Source: Octopus sinensis
Taxonomy: Eukaryota
Direction: 5' to 3'
Length of the DNA stretch: 64,000 nt
NCBI RefSeq assembly: GCF_006345805.1
Contig: NC_043025.1
Coordinates: forward strand, 8,804,001 to 8,868,000
Positions 23,601 through 37,076 of this stretch are shown here, in pieces. The translations under genes were made by a program, and so were the position numbers. The notes beneath the pieces are model-generated. The model searched no databases. It was not told the origin of the DNA and saw only the letters and a list, made by a program, of their open reading frames with translations. Position 1 is the stretch's first letter, and every line of letters starts with the position of its first letter.

Positions 23601-24800
23601 CGATAGATCGCTGAACCGCTCTCCGCTAAATGGCAGATATCTGGAAAAGAACTTGTATGTCGAGATCATGAACTCCAAAAGAATAACGAAGACATATATT
23701 GGAATGACAACCAACACGTTCAAGGAATGATAGACACAACATTCTTATTGTTCAACGTTTACACACACACACATATATAGATATAAAGATAGATTGATTG
23801 TAGTAAATATAGATATAAGGATAGATAGATTGAAGTGTTTATACGTATACCTAGGCATATAGCTATAACAATTTACCCCTGTTACTAATGCTCATAAATA
23901 TAAATGCAATCACATGCTAAAATGTAACAATTTTAAGTTAGTCTATAAGGTAAATAATTTAGGTCATTCTAATTTAGTTTTGGACAACAATAACATTATA
24001 TGGTGTATTATTCCCTTTGCTGGACAATCTAAAAAGTAACTTAGTTGGGGCTGTTTATAAATTGTTTTTGAAAGATTTTAATAAAAAAGTGGATACTATG
24101 AAATTTTAAACCCGAAAACCCTTAAGGTTGCTTTTTCGGTTTCTCGGAGTTTAACTCAAATTGTTTCTTCTATGAATGAGAAGAAATTATCTGTTTTTAT
24201 TTATCATCGTGTTAGCTCAATTAATATTAACGAGTTCGATTCGATGGATGCTAATGTTATTGATTTTTCAATTAGCCAGGGTGGTAGTGATGGTTTTGAG
24301 TCAAATCTGAGTTTTAGTAATAATGAGGAGGGTAGCTATTTGCTTTATAGTAATTCAATTGTCGATGGCTTGAGTAGGGGTGGAAATTCTCTTCGTGATT
24401 GTGGGAACAAAGAAAAATATTTAATTATAAGTTTTTGTAAACGTAAAGAAGCAGTTTATGAAGCTGAAGTCATTTCTGAGGGTAATCTTTACATTTATAT
24501 TGGTTCTTCTGCTAATGATATTAAGAAACAAGGTTTCAAACCATTCCCTTTCTTTTCGGATCAGAAATAAGGCTTCTTCTATTAGTCTTAGTAATTTCAT
24601 CTGGAATCTTAAAGATCATAATAATTTGTTCTTTATTGAATGGAACATTTTAGGGACGGCTCCGGCCTATAAGACTGCCAATCGGTTCTGTTCGTTTTGT
24701 TTTGAAGAATTATTTTTGATTTGATTTTCTAGAAGAAAGCTGTTAAATTCAAAATCGGAAAGAGGAGTTTTATTGTTCATAGGAATAAATGCATGTTTTA
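23600..24800 (+). mobile_element. Penelope-like element relics (RT-EN linker and GIY-YIG endonuclease)
   Basis: NIIWCIIPF...YEILNPKTLKVAFS, AVYEAEV...YIYIGSS and LSNFIWNLKD...IEWNILGTAPAYK...CSFCFEE. A second fragment, TYIGMTTNTFKE, lies near 23700. Confidence 0.75.
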
Positions 24801-25146
24801 AAATTTTCTATAAGTAGGTCTTTTAAGGATGCTTCACTTTGTTTAATTTGATAAACCGATTATTGAGAGTTTGATAATCATAGTTTCATCCTTTTCATTT
24901 ACTATTTAAGTAGGTTCTTCTCTCATTTGTTTTTGGATTTCTACGTTGCCATTATTTTAGGTTAGGTTTTTCAAAGGTAAACTCCTTCCAGTGTTATTTT
25001 TTAGATTTAGATATATTTATTCTAGCTTAATAAATCAATATAAGTATTCATTAGAGAAAATGTTCTCAATTTATTTCTTACTCCTATGATTTGAATAATT
25101 TATAGCTTACATTTTCATAAAGCTTTTTTTAAATTTTATACATACA

Positions 25147-25201
<55 letters not shown>

Positions 25202-26611
25202 TTAGATTGGTTTAATTTGTAATGTAATACAAGGAGTTTTATTTTAATTATCGTATTATTTTTTTTTAAATAAGCTTTTAATTTGGTTTAAATTTAAAAT
25301 TTTAGATTTTTAATTTAGGTTTATCTGATATTTTGAACTGGAAAGAATTTTCCTGCAATTATTTTCTCACTTGTTTTGGTAGGGAAACTACTCTGTTTTA
25401 CCATCTAATTAATGGAAAAATACAATATAGATTATCTGGGCCATAATAGATCTTGTCATCCCATATCAGGGCCTAAAGAAGCCCTTGAAAGTTTACCCAT
25501 AACTCACCACAATTACTCAACAAACACAATGAAGCCTTCGCAATGTGTGAACACAAATTCTTCCACACTTTTAAATTCTTCCATAAATCCAACTTTAAAC
25601 TTACCCCCGCCTCACATAACACTTACATACCTCCAGAACCTTCTATACCTTTTCTGTCTACCTTAGTAGCTTAGATGATAACTGCTAATTTTTAATTACC
25701 TAATAGATCCCCTAATCCTTAGTTGTAACCCTTATTCCTAAATCATTTAACATTCACCTTGTTTCTCCATACACGCCTCCCTACACAATCATACCGCCAT
25801 AGCCGAGAAATGTTTCTACAACCAATGACTTTAGCCATAAAACGAACGGACACTACTTGACCTTTTGCCCCAACCCCTAAAAATTTGAGGGACAGTACTG
25901 GCATCTACTATCTTCTTTATATCGTCTTCTCTTTGAATCCCTTTCAATTAATTTTACTTTATTTTGCATTTCTTACCTTATCCTCCTTTACCTTCCCTCT
26001 CTCTCCTTATTTATTTATTTATCTTCTTGTTTATTTAATTTTAATCTAATTTGTATTTTTTACTTTATCCCCCTTTACCTTCCTCCTCTCTCCTCATTTA
26101 CCCTTGTATATTTCTTTACCTATCTTCTTGTTTATTTTTGTACATTATATTTTTATATTATTTATCTTATTCTTCCTATCAATCCTTGCCAATGCCCTGT
26201 CAATTGCATTCCTGTTCCTCCTCTCTCTACCTCCAGTTTCCCTACCAATGCCTCCCCCTCTTTCTATTTATTTTTCTTTCTCATTATCCCTTTATGGCCA
26301 CTTCTGCTATCATTCTCTTACGAACAATCGATATGGTCAGGTCTCTCTCTGGATACTTATACTATGAGGACTCTAAACATACCTGGATATGGTCGCCTTT
26401 CCCTCTGGATATTTACACTATGAAGACTCTAATACTAGCTGGATTTACATAGGATTGTACTAAAAGACTTAATTTACCAAAAGACTTATGGACAAACATC
26501 TACACTATCGGAAAGTTAAACATTTATATTTCTTTATTCTTCATTTCTTTATTTCTCCAGGTCTTTATTTCATCGTTCCCTTAATCTCTACCCTACACAT
26601 TTTCCCTATTT

Positions 26612-26667
26612 GTCTCCGATGATGGGATACCCCATATTTTCAGATATCCCAGAAACAGCTGTTAGAT
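26612..26667 (+). ncRNA. Type I hammerhead-ribozyme-like motif (U4C variant)
   Basis: gtct-CCGATGA-tgggata..tatccca-GAAAC-agct-GTT-agat, with a 7-bp stem II and a palindromic stem III. Confidence 0.5.
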
Positions 26668-26754
26668 TTCTCTAAATTTTTTTGTTACGGAGCAACATCG
26701 ATTGTCATGCGGTAGTGAACTCACATAAATATATATTAATATATGCAACGACAG

Positions 26755-27345
26755 GCTTCTTTTAGTTTCCGTGCATCAAATCAAGTCTCAATGCTTTGGT
26801 CGCCTAAAATGTCTAGTAGAACATTCTTGCCCAATGTGCCACACTGTAGGACTGAAACCGTAACCATGTGATTGGGAAGCGAACTTCTTATCCGACAGTC
26901 ACGCCAACGATGATGATGATGATGATCATTGTAAACTGATAGATACAAATATTTGCTCAGTAATCTTATCCCCAATCAGATTTCTTTTGTTGTTAATCTT
27001 AAGGGAAGTGCAACAAAACACGATTTAAAATTGTTTAAATTATTGCAAAATATTTCAGCCGCCCATCCTGTCGTTGAGATCATTTACTTGAGAGATTTGA
27101 TCTCAGAATTTTGTCATGGCAGAGACTCGATGCATAGGAGGACAAACAGGAAGAATATCGTGGGAAAGAGAGAAAATGAGGTTAAGAAGCGCAGATATAG
27201 GTATTAGAGATTGGACGAGTGGGTGTACAAGGTACATTTGACGAAATGAAGCCGGCCATATAAAGGTTTAGAGAAGGGGCAGAAAGGAAGAGGGGTAGAT
27301 TGTGAGAGGAGGGTGACGGCATCGTTGGGTATACTGGGTGCAGTG
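26755..27345. repeat. About 600-bp segment duplicated in inverted orientation at 32645-33260
   Basis: Same SINE fragment, (GAT)n and unique flank; ORFs 26953..27207 (+) and 32793..33038 (-) are near-identical. Confidence 0.9.
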
Positions 27346-27428
27346 TTTAGGGGTTAGGGTTCATGAGAGATAATGAAACATACAAATAGACAAACAGACA
27401 GATTGATTGTTATATGGAGAGACCGACT

Positions 27429-27481
<53 letters not shown>

Positions 27482-27689
27482 GTAGCGATAGACAGCTTGA
27501 CTGAGAGCTAAAGAGATGGACAGACAGACAGACTGATAAACACTCATATACAAGATTTAATTCATAATGTTTGAAATGTTTAATTTGCTCTGATATTTTC
27601 TTGGTTGCTGAAAGAACTTCGACGAAATAAGATGTGTGAGAAAGATAACGAAGGATAAACGAGTTACCTTTGTGTTCATGTCTGGCAAA

Positions 27690-28520
27690 GGAGGAACTAA
27701 TCCAGATCTATTGGTGAGGAATTCAATAGGCAGAAGGCGCACCGACTTCCAATTGATGAGTCAACTGTTGGACGTTTAATTAAAGGAGCTGGTGGTGTCA
27801 CTGTCCACTGTCGAATTATCAGACCGAAATGTGCAGATGATCCGATATCAACAGCAGTGGTTTGAGAAATTCTTAGAAACATTCTCCCAAAAATCGACGA
27901 AGAACAGGATGGATCGCCATCACATTTTGATTTGTTGGTTCCTGGCTTCCAAAATAAACATTTCCCTTGTAGGGCAGGATTCATGACAAGTGGACTGTAG
28001 ACAGGAACTTCGCTGCGGGCTACCTAGGAAGTTGGTCAACAGCAAAAAGGGACTTCCGCTGGGAGGAGAAGAACAAAAGAAATGTCAGCAGTGAGCGTTA
28101 AACGAACCTAAATTAACTGAACAGAAATAACTGGCGACTTAAGCCTTGATGTACGTCAAGTAATAAACCTTTTGGTAAATGTATTCTCGTCTCTAGGAGT
28201 TTGAGTGTGCATAGCTTAACAAAGCTATACCCTAACAAATGGAAAGGTGGGAGAGATCCTGTGAGTGACCACAAGAGTAACCAGACCTCACACCCTTGGG
28301 TTTTATCTGTGGGGCCATTTGAAATCAGTTGTTTAACCGAAGTTTCGTAGAAATATGGAGAAACTTAAAGAAGGAATTGAAAATGAAGGCAGTAAAAAAG
28401 AAAGGAAATCCTCCGCCGTGTTTATGAATGCTGCACGTACAGAATGGAAATGTGCTATGAAACGAAATGGAAGCAATTTGAACAGCACATATAACAATTA
28501 AATAATTAACAGATAAAATC
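27690..28520 (+). mobile_element. Two Tc1/mariner-superfamily transposase relics in tandem
   Basis: Hand translation gives EQDGSPSHF...NKHFP, and separately PNKW.G..PV / PDLTPL.FYLWGHLKSVV...EKLKEGIENE (QDG and SPDL motif regions), with frameshifts. Confidence 0.6.
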
Positions 28521-28949
28521 TCCGTGTGTAGCGATACGTTTAATAAATTATCCCTTACGTCCACGGCATTTTCTTCGGCCTCTATATACGTACATACATA
28601 TATACATTCACATACATCTACTCACTCACTCACACACACTTACACACACTCACACACACACACGCTCACGCAAACACACAAGATATAAGAAACATTCAGT
28701 TTAATTAGGTCTGAAATTGAGGCACCTCGTTAGGTCGTAATAATATACAGACACAAAAATATATTGTAAATATCAAAGTTGGTGTGCAAGAAGACAGTAA
28801 ATAAGGAATACTATAGGGTGTGGCTAAAGAAATGTGTGGGTTAAGAATGGATTGAGGGGGATCAGATATATGCTAGAAGAGAAGGAGATCCCGCCTGTTG
28901 GAGGGGAAGAGTAGCAACTGTAACCAACAATTATTAAGGGTCCATGTAG

Positions 28950-30460
28950 ATTTCACTTCCCCTAATATCTGCCCTTAAGTTGTGCCTTTTGAACAAACGG
29001 TGTGCCCTTAGGCACATGATAAGTATATTGGCAAACGACCCTGAAACGTGGGTAGAGACTGGTTGCTCATTCTTGAACCACAATGGCTGCCGAGTGGGTG
29101 GGGAGGGCAACATGAGGCTGACAGTGTCGTTTATGAGGCTGTGGTGGTACCCGGCCCTAACACCCTGAGTAATAGCAGCAACAGCTCATCCAACAACATC
29201 AGCGACAGAAATAGCAAGGGCGAGCGCGACATCGGGAGCAAAGCATTAGGCGGCAGAAACCCCAACACCGACATCTACGACTGCAGCACCAACACCAGCA
29301 CTACAGCCCGAGATGGTGACCTCACCAGCACCGGCGGAACAACCGGTCCCATGCTCAGAATTAATTGCCATGACACCACCGACAACAGCAGCAGTAGCAG
29401 CGGTTTCGATTCCCAGACCGGGCGTTGTGTGTGTTTATTGAGCGAAAACACCTAAAGCTCCACGTTGCTCTGGCAGGGGGTAGTGGTGACCCCTGTTGTA
29501 CTCTTTCACCCCAACTTTTTCTGACCCTGTCTTCCTGTTTCTTGTCCCCGACTTCCTACGCAACCGCTGAGACTGGATACGCAGTCATCCATCCGTCGAT
29601 GCTCTCGGTGTCGGGGGTTGACCTGCTTTCTCCTCTGCGGGTCTTACGAATAGCAAAAGGACCACGTTTCGGACTTCTCCCACTAATGGGACGAAGACCG
29701 CTTAGCTCAACAAACAAAGAAACAAACATCAACGGCAATAACTGTTTTACTGGACCCACTCACTGAAATATAAAAACACCGGTGGTGGCTCCAACGACAT
29801 CAGCGGCAACACCACCAACTTGACGCACGGGATCAACAGAAGATGCACCAGAGGTAAGAACACAACCAGCACTTGGGTTCGGAAATACATCGGCTCGACC
29901 GGAACTGCCTTTAAGCAACGCCTGAACAATCGTAGGTCCTCTTTTAGAGTTCCCGAAAGACGTAACTTCATCGTCATCATGACGTGGTTCTTTAAGGATG
30001 AAGGAAACCCATACGAAATAAAATGGAGGATCATAGAAAGTCAGTGGTCCAATATAAGCGGGAGCGGACGGTGCAAGATTTGCATGGCAGAGCGGACAAG
30101 AATCTTTAGAGATTCGACTGGCTTGGAATTTTTTATTAAATTCAAGGCACGAGATATGAAGTCCCTGCTGCCATTTTAAGCGCTCCCTGCACAGGCGTTC
30201 GTCAATAAGGGTTGTATAGAATAATTTCAGACCGGAAGCAGCCTACATGAGGAGATGCCCCTTTCATCCTCTAAGTCTACAAGATTTGCTCACTGCACAG
30301 GCCTAAGGGAGATAACCTGTCTCGTCAAGGCTCAGACAGTGTAGATTATATTTTCGTTTACAAATTAAATGACCGTAACGGTTTTCTTACCTCGAGGTCA
30401 AAGAGAGAGTATATGCCAGTACGCATTGCAGTCTGACGAGCCATCGTAAAGCCAAGCGCT
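28950..30460 (+). mobile_element. Penelope-like element 3' part (GIY-YIG) interrupted by a SINE fragment
   Basis: SVVYEAVV (about 29125) and KYIGSTGTAFKQRLNNRRSSFR...YEIKWRII...CKICMAE (29820..30179); SINE C body at about 29405-29545. Confidence 0.75.
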
Positions 30461-30771
30461 TTGCGGATGCTAAACCATTGACTCTCCTACGACCGGACAT
30501 ATATTTAACTTCTTATATATGCATTACTGCACTAATTTTAATAGTGTGCTGCATTTCTCAGTTTATGATTCACTGACGATACATATATATATATATATTA
30601 TATTATATATATATATATATATATACAACTTATAAATAAGGGCAAACGAAAAAATTTCTAATGCCAAATATGCCGAAAATTGGACATATTGTCCATTTAC
30701 CATATATTTTTTTCCCAGTACGCACGCTACTCGAAAAAAGGCCGACAGAAATCTCTAAAAAATTCCATTAT

Positions 30772-30830
30772 TACCATATCGGACCGATTTCAGGGTTAGT
30801 TCAAAAAGAACCCTCCCTTCGTCAGTGATA
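30772..30830 (-). ncRNA. Type I hammerhead ribozyme motif, canonical core
   Basis: Minus strand tatca-CTGACGA-aggg..ccct-GAAAT-cggtccg-ATA-tggta: all three stems pair, stem III is palindrome-like, and the cleavage triplet is AUA. Confidence 0.7.
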
Positions 30831-31007
30831 CATGTATCACTGACGAATGGTAAATGGACAATATATCCAATTTTCGGCATATTTGGCATTAGAAATATTT
30901 TCGTTTGCCCTTATTTATAAGTGGTTTATAATTTAACCTTTAAAGGTATTTTGAATATGCTGGCCATTGATAAATTTTTTCTTCGAAAAAGTTTTATCCT
31001 ACATTAT

Positions 31008-31050
<43 letters not shown>

Positions 31051-31059
31051 ATATATAAA

Positions 31060-32210
31060 CTTACAAAAATGGGACAATGATGCAAAACAGCCAGATAGTT
31101 AGGTGATACAAAAAAGGGAGAAGAAAGCATCCAGACAGATGATACAAAGGGAATAAGGACGGGTCATTCGGAGTTTTCTTTCCTCGGTCGAGTTCCAGAT
31201 TATCGTTGCAGTTTCGGCTGGTTATACTCGAGATTGCTCCAATCTGGTCACTCCCAAGGAAAAACTAAGTTAAGACCATTAGATTCCTTGGAAGAAAGCA
31301 GCGAATGTATACAGAAACAAGTACGGAAAAACAGAGAACCGTTACACAAATACAAATAACAGGACATAACGTCAGGTGTCTGACGACTAAGGACGAATTA
31401 AATTAACCTGGCGTGTGTGGAAGTAAGCCTTATGGCAGGGACATAAGATTTGACAGACACAGGGAGGAATATAGATCTTGCACGGATGGTAGTCGAACAA
31501 AGAAAGAAAGGATAGGCTTGGGCGAACACCTGTTACATGGGGAGAGAAGAGAGAGAGGGAGAGGTAGAAGCAGAGGGATAGAATAATTAAGCGAGGGGCG
31601 AGAAACAAAATGAAGTGAAGTGGAAGAGGATGGAAGGTGAGAGAGGGGAAACGAAAGAACGAAGAGTGTAATTAACGAAACAACTGTGAAAGGGCTGCTT
31701 CACTTCACTTCACTCTATCCCTTTCATTTTTTCTCGCCCCTCCTTAATTCTTCTATCCCTCTGCCTCTACATCTCTCTCTCTTCTCTCCCCACGTGACCG
31801 GTGTTTGGCCAAGCCTATCCTTTCTTTCTTGGTTCGACTACCATCCGTGCAATATCTATATTCCTCCCTGTGCCTATCAAATCTTATGTCCCTGCCATAA
31901 GGCTTTACTTCCACACACGCCAGCTTACTTTAATTCGTCCTTTAATCGTAAGACACCTGTTGTTATGTCCTGTTATTTGCATTTGTGTAACGTTTCTCCG
32001 TTTTTTCCGTCCTTGTTTTCGTATAGTGCTCTTAGCTTAGGTTTTTATTGGGAGTAACCAGATTGGAGCAATCTCGAGTATAACCAGCCGAAATTGCAAA
32101 GGTAATCTGGAACTCGACTGAGGAAAGAAAACTCCGAATGACCCGTCCTTGTTTTCTTCGTATCGTCTGTCTGGATGTTTTGCGTTCTTGTACCATTTTT
32201 GTATTTTTTA
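31060..32210. repeat. Inverted pair of a (TA)n-embedded repeat, arms about 550 bp, spacer about 60 bp
   Basis: 31690-32210 is the reverse complement of 31060-31625 with an about 50-bp deletion; a third copy lies at 50220-50650. Confidence 0.85.
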
Positions 32211-32242
32211 TATATAAAAATATAGCGGCGGACGTACACTTT

Positions 32243-32283
<41 letters not shown>

Positions 32284-33529
32284 ATATATATATATATATA
32301 TATATATGGTAAATGAAAGACGGAATATGATGTATACGAGGTTCCTTTTTAATTTCCACAATTCTTTCGACACATCTAGCACCGTTCCCTCAAGGGTGGA
32401 ATACTTAACAACTGGTCCAGAAGCATCCGACAGTGCAGATGTGTCTCTTCAGGTGATAAATAGACATAACACGTTAAAATAACAGATCCGTTAAAATAAC
32501 AGATTTCACGGGCACAGGGCAGAATATACATACACCCATTGTATATAAAGAATTGTTTCTCTATGCATATGTGTATGACCATCATGTTGATGTGCATTTC
32601 TCTACGGCCTGAAGTCAACTTTGGATTTCTACTGTCCGCCAAATATTTCACCCAGAATACCCAAAGATTCCGTCACCCCCCTCTCATAATCTACCCCCTC
32701 TTCCCTTCTGTCCCTTCTTTAAACTTTTATATGGCCGGCTACATTTCGTCAAATGTACCTTGTACACCCACTCCTTCCAATCTCCAATCCCTCTATCTGC
32801 GCTTCTTAACCTCATTTTCTCTCTTTCCCACGATATTCTTCCTGTTTGTCCTCCTATGCATCGAGTCTCTGCCATGACAAAATTCTGAGATCAAATCTCT
32901 CAAGTAAATGATCTCAATGACAGGATGGGCGTCTGAAATATTTTGCAATAATTTAAACAATTTTAAATCGTGTTTTGTTGCACTTCCCTTAAGATTAACA
33001 GCAAAAGAAATCTGATTGGGGATAAGATTACTGAGCAAATATTTGTATCTATCAGTTTACAATGATCATCATCATCATCATAATCATCATGATGATCATC
33101 ATCATCGTTGGTGTGACTGTCGGATAAGAAGTTCGCTTCCCAATCACATGGTTACGGTTTCAGTCCTACAGTGTGGCACATTGTTCTACTAGACATTTTA
33201 TGCGACCAAAGCCTTGAGAGTAGATTTGATGGACGGAAACTAAAAGACGCCTGTCGTTACATATACAAATGTATACCTATATATAGGATTTTAGAATAGG
33301 TGTCTGACCCCCACGAGATTACATTCGACGTTGCTGTCCTCAAAACTTAAGGGTCGGCCAAAAGTGACCGTTAGAATATATAGGAGGCTATAAAAAACTA
33401 AATACTGTGGTCGATCAAACCTTCTGAAGATTCCTGATGACAGTGCCCTAGCATGGTCTCCACCTATTGAATAAAACAAATAAGAGATAAATGATACTTT
33501 TATATACACATATATGCACACATGTATAT

Positions 33530-33590
<61 letters not shown>

Positions 33591-33635
33591 ACCAATATAT
33601 TTTATCAAAATATATATATACCAATATATATTTAT

Positions 33636-33706
<71 letters not shown>

Positions 33707-34043
33707 AATAAGAAAATGGAGGAGATCAATGGGTGGTTCATCAACTTTTAAACATTATATTATGTCAATTTATTTATTTATTTACTAAAATACCAATTTC
33801 TAGAATATACATACATGTATAACATTTTATGCCTTACATATAAAATATATAAAGATACCAGTAACCCTCACCCATTTAGTACACTCGGTAACGTAATTGC
33901 AATGCAATAAAAAACACTTGTGTATTACTAGTTGGTTTTCTACCAGCAGTATATTGGATAGATATTATCCCTTAGTTGGTTGGATTCACAACCTCTAACT
34001 TTCTTGGAATATATATACGTGTGTGTGTGTGTGTGTACATATA

Positions 34044-34092
<49 letters not shown>

Positions 34093-34190
34093 TATATATA
34101 TTATATATATATATATATACTTTGTACTTTGATAGGTTTCGGCCATTATTGGCCCAGGCCATGTCTAACTTAATAGCACCACCTGGTGCT

Positions 34191-34254
<64 letters not shown>

Positions 34255-34357
34255 TATATTTAATTAGAGACATATTTGTAAATTTGGATTTATTCCCTAA
34301 TATTATTATTATATATATACATATATATATATATATGTGTACATACCTATATATAAG

Positions 34358-34402
<45 letters not shown>

Positions 34403-34468
34403 GTGTGTGTGTGTGTATATATAGGTATGTACTTATATATAGGTATGTACACGTATATATATATATAT

Positions 34469-34500
<32 letters not shown>

Positions 34501-34829
34501 GAATGACAGTGTGGTAAGTAGTTTGCTTACCAACCACATGGTTCCGGGTTCAGTCCCACTGCGTCACACCTTGCGCAAGTGTCTTCTATTATAGCCTCGG
34601 GTCGACCAAGTGGATTTGGTTCTCGGAAACAGAAAGATTATGGTTTCGATTCTTGGACCAGGTGATGTGTTGTGTGCTTGAGCAAAACACTTCATTTCAC
34701 ATTGCTCCAGTCCACTCAGCTGGCAAGAATGAGTAATCCTGCGGCGGATCTGCGTCCCGTCCAGGGAAGAAGTATATACACGCCACTAAAACCGGGAAAC
34801 TGACCCTCATATTATTTTCCAAGTAAGTT

Positions 34830-34862
<33 letters not shown>

Positions 34863-34907
<45 letters not shown>

Positions 34908-35900
34908 CTGAGAATGTGTTCTGTCTGTCTGTCTGTCTGTCTGTCTGTGTGTTTCCCTAAAACTTGAGAACTACACAACCAATTTCATTCAAATTTTACA
35001 CATGCCTTACTTAGGGTCCGGGGAGTGTCATCGGCAACAAACTTTTTAACTTTTTACCTAGGGCGAGACCACAGCAATATCATATCTTCTCCACTACGAT
35101 TCCCTAAAACTTGAGAACTGCACAACCAATTTCATTCAAATTTTACACATGCCTTACTTAGGGTCCATGTAGTTTCAGGGGCAAAAAAATGTTCAACTTC
35201 TTGCCTAGGGCGAGCCTATAACAATATCATATCTTCTCCACTATTTCAGTATTACGTGTTAAAAGTGAAACAAAAACATTTCTCTATTTTATGTCAGATA
35301 CTTTCACTTTAACAATAAAAATTAGAGATAATAATAACAATTGAATTATATGTAGTAAGTAATAATTAAAATCAAACTAAAGTATAATATAATCGTAACA
35401 TAACAAAAGTAAAAATAGCAATTGGTATAAAATTGCATCAATGAATCGAAGTTGAATAAGTGGTTTCACATGAATGGGAATAAATTTAAAATAAAATTAG
35501 CGTGCAGAAATGGAATAGTCCAGATGGAGGTGTGCACATACCTCGACTCCAACCTTGCAAAGTGGAAATATTTTATTTTCACCTTTGTATTTGGGACGTA
35601 GGACGTCCCGGATAAAAATTTTAAATGTCCCGCCAGATGTAGAGGTAGGCTGGATTGTAGCCACACTTCTATACAAGAGGGAGGTCAAGATACAATTGAT
35701 CGAAATTGCAAGAGACGGGCCTACAATTCCAGTCTGTTATATATTTTGAGTATTGTTATCACTAGCGATATCAAGATATAACTTTGTATTTTGTATTTTA
35801 TGTGTAGATGTATATATATAGATGTACATGTAATATGTACACATATATATACACATATATACATGCACTATGACCCGGCAACGACGGGTCATAATGTTAG
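34863..35900 (+). mobile_element. Probable non-autonomous Helitron with an internal 148-bp duplication
   Basis: 5' TC(TA)nTAAAA..(CTGT)n start; 3' hairpin atgacccg..cgggtcat followed by a degenerate CTAG (gTTAG). Confidence 0.45.
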
Positions 35901-36113
35901 AATATATATATATATTTTTATTAGTAGAGGAAATAGTGATCAATTTTGGCTGCTATTTCTAATATTTTCGGTATGTGGTTTTGAGCAACTTGTTGGATTT
36001 AACCCTTAATTATAATTATTATAACCCTTACCAAATATGGTCTTTTCCATACCGATAAATCTACAAGGTGGAATTGATTAATTTTATTAAATTAATTATA
36101 TTCCACCCTTTAT

Positions 36114-36163
<50 letters not shown>

Positions 36164-36255
36164 TCAATGGGCTTCTTTTAGTTCCATCAACAAAATTCAC
36201 TCACAAGGCTTTGGTCTGCTTGAGGCTATAATAGAAGACGTTTGACCTAGGTTCC

Positions 36256-36355
36256 NNNNNNNNNNNNNNNNNNNNNNNNNNNNNNNNNNNNNNNNNNNNN
36301 NNNNNNNNNNNNNNNNNNNNNNNNNNNNNNNNNNNNNNNNNNNNNNNNNNNNNNN
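36256..36355. other. Scaffold gap (100 N)
   Basis: Run of N; contiguity across it is not guaranteed. Confidence 1.
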
Positions 36356-36570
36356 TTTCTAAAGATACCATACTGAGATGTGTATGTACCACTTTTATAT
36401 ATGATAATTCCTAACAACTTGTTTATCGATATATCATTGGATTCATCTTATAATAGGCTAAATTTTCAATCTCCTATATCAGTAATCAAATCTCCACCAA
36501 AATATAGAGCTAGAACATTTCTCACAATATTTGCTCATTTTGTATGCTGCAACTTCACTTTATATATTAA

Positions 36571-37076
36571 CTAGCAGTATCGCCCGGCATTGCTCGGGTT
36601 TGTAAGGGAAATAACTATATAAGAATTTTAGAGAGTTACTTCCCTTATAGATGCCAATTCGGGTTTCTTAGCCATTTCTGTTTTGGTGTCTTCAAGCCAT
36701 GAAAGTCGTTTTCTAAAAGAACGCTGGTCTCCTGACAACGCTTTACGGCGTTGATTTCCTTACACTCCCTTCCCCACAGCTTCACGAGGGAGGGAAGAAG
36801 GGGAGAAGCAAACAGGTGCAGGTGTGACCATGGACGCCAACTCCGCCACCATCGACACACGAAAAATTATGCATTAAAATGGAATAAAAAATGATGTTAA
36901 ATTATTTTTAAAATCGTAGACTCATCGTAGACGGCGCTAATACTCAGACGGGCTCGATGTGAATCACGACTATAGATGCCGAATTTGGTTAAAACAGCAC
37001 CGTAAAATGTGGGAGTGTTAGGAATCTAAATCGAAGGGGACAGACACTCACACAACTACAGTTTTATATATAGAGA
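36571..37076 (-). mobile_element. Non-autonomous Helitron
   Basis: 5' TC, subterminal hairpin cccgagcaatgccggg, 3' CTAG, inserted A|T; same family as 42989-43372 and 45836-46468. Confidence 0.8.

Noticed and set aside
26953-27207. 84-aa ORF present twice (also 32793..33038)
   Set aside because: Explained by the inverted duplication; non-ATG start and no domain.
32105-32150. CTGAGGA...GAAT as a hammerhead in the 31-32 kb and 50 kb repeat family
   Set aside because: Stem II does not pair with the core register and GAAA is absent.
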